A DNA stretch of 63,348 bases, counting the filler, from Basidiobolus ranarum (lineage: Eukaryota): the NCBI GenBank assembly GCA_040143965.1. It is 5 parts of 5 records of this genome, joined end to end, with 100 filler letters (N's around TTAATTAATTAA, not from the genome) between each part and the next. Parts side by side here need not be neighbours in the genome. Positions count along the whole stretch, not along the records: positions 38,116 to 50,693 come from JASJQH010007408.1; positions 50,794 to 63,348 come from JASJQH010007409.1; 3 more parts are not named here. One strand, 5' to 3'. The notes below the pieces were generated by a model that had not been told where the DNA came from, did no database searches, and saw nothing but the letters and a program-made list of their open reading frames with translations. This document shows, in pieces, positions 38,701-52,848 of the stretch (position 1 is its first letter; every line of letters begins with the position of its first letter). The position numbers and the translations under genes were made by a program.

Positions 38701-39728
38701 TTTCTAGCATGTTTAGAGAGTTGGTGTTAAAGTTCATGGAGTTTGGATAAGTTTGTAGATATCTATCTTTTCTGAATACTTCTCACATTTGTTAAGTATA
38801 TCCAAATTATATGACAATTTTGACTTTTAAACTATTAACTAAATAAATGTCAACTATGCTTAACAAAATCTACTATATGTATTGGTATTGGTGGCAAATT
38901 CTAATATTTCAACATAAATGAGAGAAAGAACAAATATAGTGTTTTGGAATTGGTAGTCTTCTCTAACCATGTTGGTGCCAAAGATTCACTGTCTCATACT
39001 TTGTGTGTAGAGTGGTAAGATTGTATGGAGTTTTGTGCCTCGTCTGTTGTTGCATATCACTTGACATGAACAAGGATATAATCACAATATAATCTGACAG
39101 TACATAAAATACAGCCATTGGCAACATAGATATTGCCGCGTACCAAGATGGCTTCATATCATACCAATCCTCGAGTACAATAAGATGTAGACTGCTCCAT
39201 GCAGCCTCATCAACCTTGTCTTAGAGTGTAACTCCAGCTCACCTTGAAAACACCCATCTCGAGTGACCAAGAATATACATACAGTTGAAGTAATGTATCA
39301 GTAATGCTAGTGGCTACTAGCCAATCAAGCCCTCCATCTGATGATGAGCTTAATCAATCGAAAGCAAATATGAAATCCTTAGATTACTGGTATTTTGAAG
39401 CCTTTACCAATCACCAACGACCACAACCCTTCAATCAGGAATATCTCCCCAATATTTAGTTAATGATCGATAGTACATAGCATATTAAACAAGCATTCAG
39501 TATGAAAAACCAGGGTTCGGCAAAAGACAATCCCAACTTGAATTCTGCATTGGAATTTATTGGAGTATGGTGAATACTTCCGAATTCTCAGGGGGTTTCC
39601 ATATGAATAATATATACATTCCCCTTTCTGTTTACCAGTAACTTCCCTCCTCAATACAAATTGGATTTTCTTTGACCTACCTTAAACAAAACACCTGTTT
39701 GTTTATATTTCGACCGCTTTCAACTCCA

Positions 39729-40443
39729 ATGAATCCCAATGGAACCCATATCGAGGCTCCTAGTGTAGATGACCTGGGGCCTGAACAAGCATTGCTAAAC
39801 TCTTTCAAATCGGCTGCCACCGCTGTAACACAGATGTATAAAGATGCAATGAAACAAAATCGTAAGTCTTACCACTCCGGCTACGAGCAGTGTCTTCAAG
39901 ATTTGATCGGCTACATTTCTTCTCACAATAGTGTTCAAGCACAAAGAGAACGTGGTGAAATACAACTTCGAAACTCTTACATTCCTGCAAGTGATTTGAT
40001 GGCGTTTACCAGGGAAAAGTATTCGCAAGTTCACGCGGAAGCTACAAGCCCCGAAAATCTTCATAACCCGCGGGAATCTCAACCAACTCACGAATATCAA
40101 GGCGTTCAGCCTGGTGTAGGTCGGTTACTTTGACAATCATATAGCATTACAGTTTATTCACCACTTCATCTATCCAGAGCGTCATGTTCCAATAACTCCC
40201 ACTTTACCTGTCGATCATCAGTTTAATTTCATACCACCCACCATCACGGTCAATCCTTTTCAAGGTGTCGAGTTCGAAGGTCTGCCTGAAAATGAGTTTG
40301 CCACTTCCTTCGAGTCGGATTCAATGAAACGCAGACTCAGTTCTAGCCCGGACCGCAACTTGATATCGAGAGATATGAATGCTGAATATATGTTCGAGCC
40401 TCCCTATAAACGTACCCGCTCTCGCCATGAAGGTACTATTTAG
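39729..40443 (+). CDS. HAPSTR1/C16orf72 (UPF0472)-like protein, 2 exons
   Basis: LLNSFKSAATAVTQMYKDA...SYHSGYEQCLQDL matches the F..AA.AV..LYK signature I recall for this family. C-terminus is basic (FEPPYKRTR). Confidence 0.6.
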
Positions 40444-41404
40444 TTCGAAGGTGTTATATATGTATTATTCTATGTAGTCTATATTGATATTTTTTACTTT
40501 CAGACAATCGCAGCAAGCATTTTATTTAAAATTTTGTTGCGACATTCACTGTACTTTCTTCTTTTAAACCTCAATCCTATGTTCCCTTTATTTTACTCAA
40601 ATCTAGTTTTGTTCTCTTTTTAGTTTTGATATATTCGTCCAATGTACACTTTCTCTCTTCAACCATATTAAAGCCGACATATAGACAACCAGCAGTAGTT
40701 TTATTTGTGTATTCTTCTCTCTAGTATCTACAAAGTAAACACTCTAATACTAGCTAACCTTCTCACCTGCGTACATCCATGCTTCAGTATACATGAGAAG
40801 TGCATATGGTCGCGACACTCCACACGCTTTTCATTTAACGCCCCCTTACTTTAGTGATGTCTTAATTTACGTGGTAGCTTGTATATGCTACATCTGCTTG
40901 CAAATTGATATTTAGTAACAATGACCGTTAACCAGACTCTAAATGCTCCTGTAGAACATCAGTAAATGCTGGATGATGATTAGTTTTTGGCGATCGCTAC
41001 CAGTTGCCAGTACCACCTTGTCATTATCCACTCTATTAAATAGCCTGACTATTCAATTATCTTGTTTGTGTATCCGTCCGGTTAGGCCGAGCGATAGTCA
41101 CAATCGGGAAAACATTAATTTGATATTAAAAATCATTTTAAAATATATACAAGGTATTTGGGAATCAAGACCTTTTGAGAGTAGAGATCTATTAGTTTAT
41201 CATTTCTATAATGATCATTAATAGAAAAAAAAATAGACTGGGAAACCTAAGAAATATCGAGTAAAATCGACGTGTTGAGTAATGGAGAAAATTCATAGTG
41301 TGACCTTCTTTTGTTCGGTTCACTTGTTTTCTCTGTTCTCCATATCACTTTGGTCGTCTATTCCAAAACACTTCTACTCTAAATATATTTAAAGTCTGGA
41401 AACC

Positions 41405-43406
41405 ATGAAAAGATCCGCCGAGGAGTCTTTCAATGATCCGCACGAAGCAAAACGCCCCTTGAGCGGTGCTATCAGTCCGTTAAACACTTCTAATGGAACT
41501 TCACAAACAGTTCCTGCTCTCCTTATCTAGGCGGTAGTCCCAATACCTCTTCTCCACTTTACAAGCAAAGGGACTCAAAAAAATTTACTGGCTGCTCGCG
41601 ATTTGAGGATTATGAAATAGATAAGAAACTTGGAGAAGGGACCTTCGGGTGAGTAATTTGGATTTAAAAGAACAGCTCGTATAAATGCCCGTCTTTCCAT
41701 CAAAATTCGCCATCAATACCAGTAATTTCTAAACAATACTTCAATTTATCCAAAGGGAGGTACACAAAGCACGTCACAAAACTAGTGGAGAGATCGTTGC
41801 CTTAAAACGTATATTGATGCATAACGAAAAGGAAGGAGTATGCTGGTTCTTTATCACTATATGGAATATCTGCCGATATTTAACGTGTTTAACTTAGGTT
41901 CCGATCACTGCTTTACGTGAAATCAAGATCTTGAAGTCTCTCAATCACGCTAATGTAATAAACTTAACGGACATGGCGATTCTTAGAGGTACTTGAATCG
42001 ATTGATTGAGGTATCTGTTTAACTTCAATGCACTTATTAAACTTTACTCAGGAAATCGGCTTCATAGACAACGAGGTGCAATCTATATGGTCTTCCCCTA
42101 CATGGATCACGATCTAGCTGGCTTATTAGAGAACCCCAACGTGTCTTTCACAGTCCCGCAAATCAAACTCTATATGAAGCAACTTTTGGAAGGGATGATG
42201 TATCTTCACAATGTTCGAATCGTTTCTTTTGGTGTTTTGCTTTTTAGTTTAAGAAGATTTAAATAATTTATTTATGATATTCATCCTCTAGAACAAAATT
42301 CTTCACAGAGATATGAAAGGTAGGTTTCAATTGCAAATCTCCCTTTTTTCCTTCAGTTGGCTCATCTGACCTTATTCCGATATAGCTGCCAATCTGTTGA
42401 TCAACAATCAAGGCATTCTTAAAATTGCCGACTTTGGTCTGGCTCGTCCCTATGATGTCGAACTCCAGAAAGAGTACACGAACTGCGTCGTAACTAGATG
42501 GTACCGACCACCAGAACTTCTGATGGGCGAGAAAAAGTACACAGCTGCTATTGATATGTGGGGGATTGGGTAATTAGATGAGCTCTCTAGTAGCCGTGTT
42601 TTTTTTTCTTCGTGACCAATTCTAACCAAATTAAATGATGACTTCTTTAAGGTGTGTCTTCGGTGAGATCCTTAAAGGAAAGCCGATATTACCAGGAAAC
42701 TCCGATCTGGATCAACTTGATCGGATATTCAGATTGTGTGGCTCACCATCTGAGGATACTATGCCTGGCTGGAGAGATCTTCCCGGGTGTGAAAACATCA
42801 GATCGTTCAAGTTTTGCGTTCGCAAACTTCGAGAAGAGTTTGAGAGGTAGACTATTCAATATAGCAAGCACTTTCATATCTCTTTGGTAATTTATATGTT
42901 CCTCACACTGATAGATTCGGTGCTCATGCTGTTGATTTGCTTGATAAATTGCTGACCCTAGACCCTAAAAAGCGAATGACTGCCAGAGAGGCGCTGGACC
43001 ATGATTACTTTTGGCATGAGCCATTGCCAGCCAACCCGAGCGAGTATGTTTTCATCACATCTATTTGTAGCGTGTCTTATACATGTTATTGATCCACAAC
43101 TCTATTGTAATATTCCATTATAGCCTTCCAGTATATGAAGCTAGTCATGAATTCAATAGAAGAAGACAAAAACATGATGAAAAAAATAAGGATCTTAGCA
43201 GCCGAAAGTCCGATCGAAGCCACCATAACAACACAGATCCTTACGTCTCCTTTAGACATCCTTATGACAACAAGCGCCACGGAGGTAGCTCTTACCAAGA
43301 TCGCCGTGATAAGCCAAGAGATAGCTCACTTCCCCGGACTCATAGCAGTTATAAGCCACACCCACTTCCGCCCAAGCCGACAACACGATTCGAGGATGAG
43401 AAGTAG
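41405..43406 (+). CDS. BUR1: CDK9-family kinase Bur1/Sgv1, many exons (first intron boundaries uncertain)
   Basis: [85 protein letters not shown] and YEASHE. Confidence 0.92.
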
Positions 43407-44988
43407 TATATTCGAAGATATCTTTGATCCTTCCGCACTCTTCTTGACGAAGGCTTGGTTACTACTGTTGGTTAGGCTTCTTATCTAGCACACACTCTCG
43501 TTGACCAATTTTATTTGAAAAAAAGAAACAAAACCGTTTGTACTATTATCACATTAATGAGTTAAATACTTTAGACATCTTGAATTGACTAAATTTCTGA
43601 TATTTTTGCACAATAAATCCCATTTACCTCATCCACATGTTGCACATTGTTAGTAAGACAAATGGGCAATTATTTCATTCAAGAACCAAGCATTCGGTTC
43701 TTTCCTTTATTCAATGAGTCATGGGGTGTTACACCACCACTTTATTTCATTACTTTCAACAAGAAACCGTTACCAGGCATTGAGTCTAGCTCAAGATATC
43801 GAACCTCCTTCATCCTGATTATATATATAGAGTTCTCCCAAGGAATGTGTTATGTGTACAACTTGTTCAAGGAATATTGGAAGCACGAGAGATAGCTGGG
43901 ATATGATCAAAGTATGGATCAAGCGAAACAAATACCTCTCCCACATATGACGGCCGATAATTACAGTCCCTCGATATACCCATAAAGTTCAAGTACGACA
44001 AGCTGAAATTAATTAATTTTACTCTAGAATCTCGTGTCGGTTCGAAGAGCTGGGTGGCTCTAGCTTCTTAAAACGAACTTGGTATTGGAGCTGAGTTTTA
44101 CGAGTGAAAATGGGCACGAACTCTATTTTCACCAAAATAGCAACATCGCTTAGGTAGCCAAGGTATTCTTGTATCTATTCAGCAGTGAAGCCTTTATGGC
44201 ACTTTAATGGTCATGATTCTGGTACGCATTGACTAGACACAGGCGTCTACTTGGTGTTATATGGATTGAAATGGTTAATAATGTAGGCAATGATCATTAG
44301 CACAATTTATCATGAAAGAAAATTAATTAAGCTCTAGGGTTTGACCCATAATTCCGCGGTTTCCGATGGATACAACAAAACCGAATGAATTGTATGTACA
44401 ATACTCATGTCCATACGCGCACAGAGTCGCAAGGAGTACTCCAGTTGTTCAAACAATTGTTGGATAATCTCCTTGCGCTAGTGTAGCTTTATATAGATAG
44501 ACTCAAACACGAGTCAAGTGTAGGTCGATAAACTGGAGTTGCATTACTCCAGTCACGCACTTCACACTGAAATCATCTCCTTGCATGTCAATCATGATTA
44601 GAAAATACCCAGTTCTTGTTGAAATGAGATAGTAGATTACGTATCTGCGGTGGTAAATCATCCACTAACAACAAAATGTGCATGATTTGGCATCCAGCAA
44701 ACAAATTAGGCAAGTTAGTTTCTTCTCTAAGCCGCACAGATTTACTGTTTTTATTAAACAAAAAATTCGGAATAAATGAGCATACAAACATGAATTCGTC
44801 ACACATCATTTCTTAGATAGCATAGAAAAAGTGTGGTGACTATTTCAGCAGAGAAATACTACTACTTTCATCATTAGAGCCAATCACCTTCTCTCTATTA
44901 TTTGTGGTTTTAGCCTTCCTCGTCAGACATATCTTGTTTAGTTTATTTCCCTATTACTTGACTTCTTCTACTCTAGCCAAAGTTTATC

Positions 44989-46704
44989 ATGAATCTCGGA
45001 AATAAATCCAACAACGAATTGCTCTTCCTGAGCTTCAATCAGGATTTCAGGTTGGTTACTTGCTTCTAGTCAACATTTATCGTGGCATACTGTGAACCAA
45101 CTCTTATTGTCCATTTTTATAGCTGCATCTCTGCCGGAACTAGGAATGGTTATAAGATTTATAATTGTGATCCCTTTGGCAAATGTTACTCGAAATGTAA
45201 GCGATATATATATATATATATGACTTCTGTCTTGAATGATATTTTTAAGCCTGATCGCTCGAAAAGTTTATTATTTTGTCTTACTAATCCTGATATGGGT
45301 CTTTGAATAGCTGATGGTGGCGTTGGTGTGGTTGAAATGCTGTTTTGTACCTCTCTTGTAGCTCTAGTGGGGGCTGGTGAACAACCTGCATTTTCACCAA
45401 GACGTTTACAAATCGCCAATACAAAAGTTCGAAAAGCATATTTTATGTTGGTCAATAGCATTTTATTAACACAGGTTTATATTTTAAGCGTGAATCTACT
45501 ATCTGTGAACTCACTTTTCCCACTACCATTTTGGCCGTGAAGTTGAATCGTCGTAGACTTGTAGTCATATTGGAGGAGCAAATTTATGTTTATGACATCA
45601 GCAATATGAAGCTTCTTCACATTATTGAAACTAGCCCAAATCCACATGGTATTTAACATATTGACAACGTTTTCACAAACACTATTATTGACCTATCATT
45701 CTAGCTGTGTGTGATTTGTCTCCTTCTAACGACAACTGTTATCTGGTTTATCCATCGCCTTCTCCCTCACCATCTTCCCCATTTTCTTCGCCCGCTGTGG
45801 CTGCTAGTCATGGCTCTGCTTCAGGAGATATCTTATGCTTTGATACAATTTCCCTCCAGAACGTAAATTATATACAGGCTCATAAGAGCCCGGTCTCGTG
45901 CCTTTCTATTAGTTCCGATGGAACTATGGTAGCCACTGCCAGTGATAAGGTCAGTAGTTGTGTTATCTTCGGGAAAGTGAATTGAATTTTAAATTTGTAT
46001 TTATATTGTGCTTAGGGAACTGTAATCCGAGTCTATTCTCTACCCAATTTTCAGAGACTTTACCAATTTAGACGTGGGTCCTATCCTGCTCGCATCTACT
46101 CCATCTCATTCAATATTGTCAGCACATTGTTGAGTGTTTCGAGTGATACTGAGACTGTTCACATCTTTAAATTATCGAAGAATGATGAAAATGGTGGACG
46201 AGATGGAGCTACTGGGGATGAACCCGGTCAAAGATTATCTAGAAGACATACCTCCGGATCAGGAGTAGCGTAAGTTAACAACTGTAGATGATATATTTCA
46301 GCGGTGAGATTAATTAAACCTTTGCTTCCTGTTACTTTCTCAGCGGTGCTATTCGTAGAACTTCGTTCCACAAGAAACTAGCAGGGAACGTTGGAGCACT
46401 CCTTCCTGACGCTCTGACTGAATTGTGGGAGCCTACTAGTGATTTTGCGTACCTTAAATTACCTAGCGCCGGGGTGCAAAGTATAGTTGCTATAAGCAGG
46501 TTAGTTTACATTGAGTTGACGTATGTTGATGGACATATTGACTGAAATATTGATGCTCGTACTAGCTCTACTCCCCAAGTTATGGTGGTCACCTCTGATG
46601 GCTATTTGTACCAATACAATATCGATTTGGAAAGTGGTGGGGAGTGTGTGCTAACCAAGCAGTACAGCCTATTAGATTCACAGGATGATTTCTCTGCCGA
46701 GTAG
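44989..46704 (+). CDS. ATG18: PROPPIN autophagy protein Atg18/WIPI, many exons
   Basis: [70 protein letters not shown] (FRRG phosphoinositide-binding motif) and [12 protein letters not shown]. Confidence 0.95.
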
Positions 46705-47279
46705 CAGACGAGTTTCCAATTGATTCACATGGGTCTCCTCAATATCCAAGCCGTTTGTTTTCTCCCGCCCTTTTCTTGTGCATAATACACTAATATTAGT
46801 TCCCCTGCTACCATGTTGCCATGCTTTTTTCATTGAATTTCGTAATTTGCAGCTGTTATAAAGGATCTACGTAAAATCACTTTAACTCCATCTTTTTGTC
46901 CACTTTCTGTGATGGAGTTTTCACTTGATAAATTTCAACAACCAACCAACCGGTTTTGGATTCAAACCAAAGTTTAAATTTACTCCAAGCCATATATGTA
47001 TATCGCATATTGCTTGATATATATTCGGACCATCTCTACTCTCCGATGATCTTCATTGGATTTATTATGAACCAGTTGAAGGGGAGCGGGGAAGAGGTGG
47101 TTTCATTCCACATAACATATGTTTATCAATAAAGTAAGGATACAACGTAATCCTCAAGGGGGAAGAATGCATGTAAATAGAGGGACCAGACTGAGAGAAA
47201 GAAAGGAGGTTGGTAGTTTATTCGTTTCAGTTAAGAAGAAAAGACTATAGAAAGTGAAAAGTAAAAGGGAGAAAAGGGC

Positions 47280-48765
47280 TCATTTTGATCTTGATTTTTT
47301 CGTATCTTTTGGTGGGAACACCGAGTCGTAGGGCTCAAAATTGGGTAGTCCTTCAATTAATTTCTGGGTCAAAGGATCGGAGAATCCAAAAAACTGCATG
47401 ATAGAACGGTCTTTAATATCACTACTATTTATACGATTCATCAAGAAACTTACCAGTGGTCCACTCACACGAGTTCCTTTAGAACGACTGGTTAAACATG
47501 CTTCAGTCCAAGGAGCAGTAGCTGTTGGGTAGGGAAATCATTAGATTTAGATCAAGCAATCGTACACATTTAGAATAGAAATGGATTTACGTGTAGGCCC
47601 TTTCCAGTTTTGTAAAGTACCAACTTGCGCTACCTAACCAGTAAAGAAATGTGTTGGTGAGATTAAGGATTGAGGGTTGAGGATTGAATGGATAGCCTTC
47701 TAGAAATTACCTCGAAAATAGGACCTTTATCGCTGGATTTTATATTCATGTCAAATATACGACCTAAATGCTCTTTGGTTGCCCGATAGCCAACAGGATA
47801 GGGATGTCGAAACATACACTACCAAATTCCAAAGGTTGGTGTGAGTTTAAAAAGTAATCACATCTGTATGGTATCTAGAATTCACCACTTATTTACCCCA
47901 GAATTACTCCAATATTTTTCTTTACCCGGACCATGGTGAATGGTTCCAATCTCCCAAACGGTAGTTTTAATACTTCTCAAGGTGAAGGGTAAGTGCAGTT
48001 CATCGGGAAGATCGTAATCAGCGATAGTTTTAATATTTTTCAACTTTGAAGAGTGTTCTATTTGAGTTTCAGAATTTTCAACTTTCTCTTCCAACTAAAA
48101 ATCCGAAATCCAATTGATTCCAAAAAAATTGAAGATAAGTATGTTTCTTCCTATGAAAGTATAGAAAAAAAAGGTCCATAAGTTTTTCCTCCTCATTCTT
48201 TACCAAAGGTACAGCCATCACCGGTTCTTCTCCACGTAAACGTCGAGATATTCTGCCCGTCGTCTCCGATTTTGGTTTATTCGAACCTTTGGGTTTTCGG
48301 GTGACGGATCTTCTCTTCTTTACCGGTTGGGTTTCTATTTTGATACATTCCTTAAAATTCCCAGGGTGTGACTTAATAAAGAAGTAATAATAATAGGGAA
48401 CGTACGAGATTTACCTCCGGAATACCAACTAAGGTAGAACCTAAGCCTAATTGCTTTAATAGTTCTTGGTTTTTAAGAATGTTCGCTTGTCTTTGTTCTT
48501 CATAGTCCACTGCATCGTCTTCCCTTTTTTGTTCAATAAAAACCCCCCAGAAAAGGTGAGAAAGTGAAGAAGAGAGGGTAGAGAAGACGTTAGCTTTGAA
48601 ATGGTTACTTTTTATATGAATAAAATCACTCCCACTTGAAACTAAACTCTAAACTAATAATGTACTATTATGTTTGGAAAAAAGAAATTTCACAGCTATT
48701 ACTCACGTATCTATAAACGCAACAACCGGTTCAAAGTTATTCGGTGTTTCCTCGGAGCCCAACAT
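47280..48765 (-). CDS. FYRN/FYRC (FY-rich) domain protein, multi-exon; 5' end uncertain
   Basis: TTVWEIGTI, HPYPVGYRATK, DKGPIFEV, TATAPWTEAC and RVSGPLFFGFSDPLTQKLIEGLP. N-terminal DYEEQRQANILKNQELLKQLGL motif and a basic RRSPRLRG-like stretch. Confidence 0.72.
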
Positions 48766-49679
48766 AAAAGCTGTATCGATGGTTGGTTTTCTTAAAAGGG
48801 GAGGGAATGTTCATGTTATGGTGGGATGAGAATTTCGAGTAAATCGAGACCCATTTGATATTGTTTACTTTTTATTTTCATTCAGATTGGACTGCTATCC
48901 ATTGGAAGAATCAGGGTATTCTGGTAGAGTTCATTCTGGTGTAGATTACGTTTCACATCATCCTATGAGTGGTAGGGGTAATTTACCGTGGGTTCCAAAA
49001 GAATCTAGAATAGTATTGAACAACTCAGGCAAGGTCTAACGATAAGATCCCACTTTAACTGACTAAAGTGAACCGAAGAAAGACTTGGGGAAATGCGGTC
49101 ATCATCGGAGGTGGTTCAAGTGGCTAAAATTAGTCCAAATATTCCAGAAATGGGTTTCTTATCAAGGAGGATGTGGACTTGATAAGGTTGCGACGTTAAT
49201 CTTTGAATCACCGTATGTAAGGATCGTGGTAGAGGAAGTCTGGATCTCAAGTCTATTATAGGCTAATCATTATAGCCTACCAATACCCAGACAGAGAAAC
49301 TTCAACCAATGAGGAAATATGTTCGATCCCGGTTTTGGACAAATCCGCATCAGATATTCCACTAGAGTCTACATATATGGATTGTTATGGACGTCTTTTG
49401 AAATGGATTCATCGCCACAGTGAACTGAGATTTTCCTAAAATATAAAGTTACGAGACTTACCAGGGAAATACATTTGAATCAATACGCCCAGATTGGAAA
49501 GTGTCCTGGTTGTCATCTCTTATAAAACCTCCGAGTCTTTGCCCTTGACCAGGGATTTTCACAACTATATAGCTAGATTTCTAGGGGATGCACCAAGTCT
49601 AGCTCCTCATCATCCTATTCTCTTTGGCATATTAATACTTTCCACCTCCCTGCACCTGCTAGTGTAACCTTACCTATTC

Positions 49680-50510
49680 ATGTGTCCACCAAATTTCCAG
49701 TGGGGCCTCAACGGAAGCCTGCTGGCCACTCTACCTTTCACAGAATTACCTGCACTAACCACCGACTCCACACCACCTCTCAGTGCGCCCATCTTCAACT
49801 TCCCTAATATAAACTCGAATTTCGGCAGTACCAGTCCGGAACGACGCGACTCTTCCATCTCACTACGAGAGATCATCGATAGATTTGCCGATAAACCAGA
49901 AACCATGGACTTACTGTTGAAAGCTAAGATGGAGGAAGATAGACGGTTAACCGAACAATATCGTTACAAGATAGAGTTGGCTCGCGAGGAAACGAAGAAA
50001 AATGAACTTAAAATTTTGAATCATCAACAACAACACCCTCATCATCATCATAGTCACTCTGGTTTGGGTACTAATAGCGACCATCTCGACGACATGAGCT
50101 CCGATGATAATTCTTCCTCAGTGAACCTGGATCCATACAATGACCCTCATATGCCTACCCAACCTTTGACTCCACCCGCCTCCGGTGATGAAAATGGCTT
50201 CATGGATAGTCCACTCGATTCAAAGTCTGACTATGGCCTCGATACCCCACCCTCAGGCCAACCTATGTCCGTCAGTATGGGCATTGATGACTCGAAAAAA
50301 CGCAAGGCAACTCCCGAATTCCCCATTGAATACTGTGTTATGATGGACTCAAAGCAGCGAACATCCAACTCTTCTCATAGTACGAATCCCCATGCCCCTG
50401 TCACCATGGAGACAGTGCAACGTAAAGTCCGAATCAAGCAAATGAACAAAAAAGAACGACCTCAACAAAAATTCATGCAAATGATGAAATTGGTAAATAG
50501 TAAGAATTAA
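49680..50510 (+). CDS. Hypothetical low-complexity protein (coiled coil, His/Gln tract, NLS-like motif)
   Basis: 276-aa single ORF with TATAAAA at ~49521. Helical motif LREIIDRFADKPETMDLLLKAKMEEDRRLTE and a KKRK motif. Confidence 0.7.
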   Translation: MCPPNFQWGLNGSLLATLPFTELPALTTDSTPPLSAPIFNFPNINSNFGSTSPERRDSSISLREIIDRFADKPETMDLLLKAKMEEDRRLTEQYRYKIELAREETKKNELKILNHQQQHPHHHHSHSGLGTNSDHLDDMSSDDNSSSVNLDPYNDPHMPTQPLTPPASGDENGFMDSPLDSKSDYGLDTPPSGQPMSVSMGIDDSKKRKATPEFPIEYCVMMDSKQRTSNSSHSTNPHAPVTMETVQRKVRIKQMNKKERPQQKFMQMMKLVNSKN

Positions 50511-50693
50511 CCAGGAACTTTTATTATTCTCCTTTTGTAAAGATATCCTCCCCCCGTTAAAATATATCCCCTCCTCCGACGAGTGGTCACCACCCCATGT
50601 ATTGGAGTTCATGTACCCTTTTTGACAAATATAGATATCCTTAATCCACTGTTCCCATCCCATATGTTTCAGATACGTTTTGAAACTTCAAAT

Positions 50694-50793
50694 NNNNNNN
50701 NNNNNNNNNNNNNNNNNNNNNNNNNNNNNNNNNNNNNTTAATTAATTAANNNNNNNNNNNNNNNNNNNNNNNNNNNNNNNNNNNNNNNNNNNN
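50694..50793. other. Artificial contig spacer
   Basis: N44-TTAATTAATTAA-N44. Confidence 0.97.
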
Positions 50794-50895
50794 ACAATAG
50801 GAAAATCTAAGCTTTCAACTCAAGAAATAAAAAAGTGAAAACCACCAATTTCTCTAATTGTCCCAACAAATTTGAACAGGAATCCAAATACTTTA
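50794..50895 (+). mobile_element. 3' fragment of a Copia LTR
   Basis: ctttcaactcaagaaataaaaaagtgaaaaccaccaatttctctaatt...aacaggaatccaaatacttta matches the LTR 3' end. Confidence 0.7.
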
Positions 50896-52848
50896 CCTCT
50901 TGTAACTTGTTTAAGACAAATTCTGTGCTCTTTCTGATACACTTGGTGAAGTTTGCACCCTTGATAGCTCATAAATTTGTTATAGAAGAAGAGAGGCCTC
51001 TATGTTTGACATAGTTTGACATTTGAAAACATATCATTTTGTGAAGACAAAGAGACAAATTTCTTCTCCCCAGGAGTTGGTATTCAGTTGATGATATGTG
51101 TGCAATGTACCATCTGAGAGTGTTTGCATTTGTACCACCTCTTTGCCAATAAACACCAAAGATAATGATTATAAGTGATAAGAAATGTGAAGACAGCTTT
51201 TGTAATCATGATGTCATGACTATCAGAATAGCAGCTAAGTTTGTTTTCAAATACAGATTTCTTAGAGATTGCACAATTTGGCTTGATTGTATGCAATTAG
51301 TGAGAGTTTTGTATTGCAGTTTGATTTTTCCCAAACAATGTGAAAGTCAAACTTCACCTTAAAACAACACTTTTTTAATACAAGTCTGTGATGGATATGT
51401 GCTAGCCAATCAAATACCTGGAAATACACTTTGGAACTTAAAATGTGTAGGTGATCAGGGACAGTGTCATTACTATCTACAATACCATGACCTAGTGTCC
51501 TTTACAGTGTCATTATATCCTTTGGTGTTATGGCTTAAGCTACTACTCCCGTGGGTCACATGACCTAGGGTTACCATTATTGTTGGGGTTAGGGAATTAT
51601 ATAGATAAGGCAAAAAGCCGGAATCAGTCCTGTTTCTCAGATACTGTACTTCTTAGGACTTAATCTATCTATTCCTTGTACTTCTGTGGGAAAACTAGGC
51701 TCCTTAAAGGCCAGCCTCTGTGGCATCCTGGGCCAACCGCAATCCCTTCGTCCTCTTTAAAACTTGCACCCTTTAAATCCCATATGACTTATATCCTTAG
51801 CGAACATAACATCCTCAAAAACAATCCTCTTTCGACACCGAAATATCATTCAACGCTCTGACTCTGAAGCCCTAGTTCTTGCCAACGAAGTTACCTATGG
51901 CACCGAACATATCTCCGACTCAGCCACACCAGCTGGCATCAACATCATCACCACTCTCTCCCTTATCGGCATCTTCCTCGTGGTTGGGATACAAGGAGTA
52001 TAGATGTTGAAATCAGTAAAGCATACAGTCAAATATGTCAAGTCCTGTATTAGTTGACCAGTATGATTAATTACGTCTTACTTATCTTAACTATCTTGCT
52101 ATTGCTTATCCTCAACAGTCTAGAATATGCTTCGTAGTGCAAATTCCTGCTCATTTGTGCATACGCAGAGTTAGGCGTGAAGTGAGCCAAGCATTGAAAA
52201 AGTCACGCAATGGATCATAGTATAATATAATCAATATACCAGATACTTGGGACAGAATTGGATTACCCCATTCAACCGTGCCTATTGAATTTTTTTGGCT
52301 AAACTATAATTAAGAGAGAAGATGAAACTAAGAAATTTAGGACGGTTAGATTCTGTCTTTGTACCATATATTCTTAGAGCCGATTACAGTGAACCAGAAA
52401 CTTCTGTTGATCACCAACATTCACCTGACCGAAGTATTCATCCAAATGTGGATCAGAGAATAAGCAGACTGATACGTATCCGACAGCAAAGAGTCTACTC
52501 TCGTTAGCAGAGGAGTATTTCTCATCAAAAGAAGATTTGATGCCGACAATATTTATGTGGTTTGAGGAGAGAGCTTAATGAGTAGTGATCGCATATAATT
52601 CTATTGTTGGGGTATTTGAATCTAATATGCCCAGTGAGGGATATCTATTGGAATGCACATTTTAGATATTTATTCATTATTTCGATAACTCCTGGAAGAT
52701 CAGATGAAACAAGCTTGATGCTTGAAAATAACCTATACTGTAATGTATATGTGTTAAAAGCCTGAACATTCCCAGCTCTAGTATAAAAGCATCAGTATGG
52801 ACCACTACTATATCACTTCAACCAAAGAAAAATCCCTTTAGCTACCCA

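Noticed and set aside
44532-44553. 8-bp stem hairpin ACTGGAGT-N6-ACTCCAGT upstream of ATG18
   Set aside because: A stem this short is expected by chance in 63 kb.
30726-46704. Apparent autophagy cluster of VPS34 and ATG18
   Set aside because: The two genes are on different contigs, separated by the synthetic spacer at 38016-38115.
51801-52003. Frame ending in a hydrophobic tail (INIITTLSLIGIFLVVGIQGV*) after a possible splice acceptor
   Set aside because: No convincing upstream exon or start was found, so it is too weak to call.
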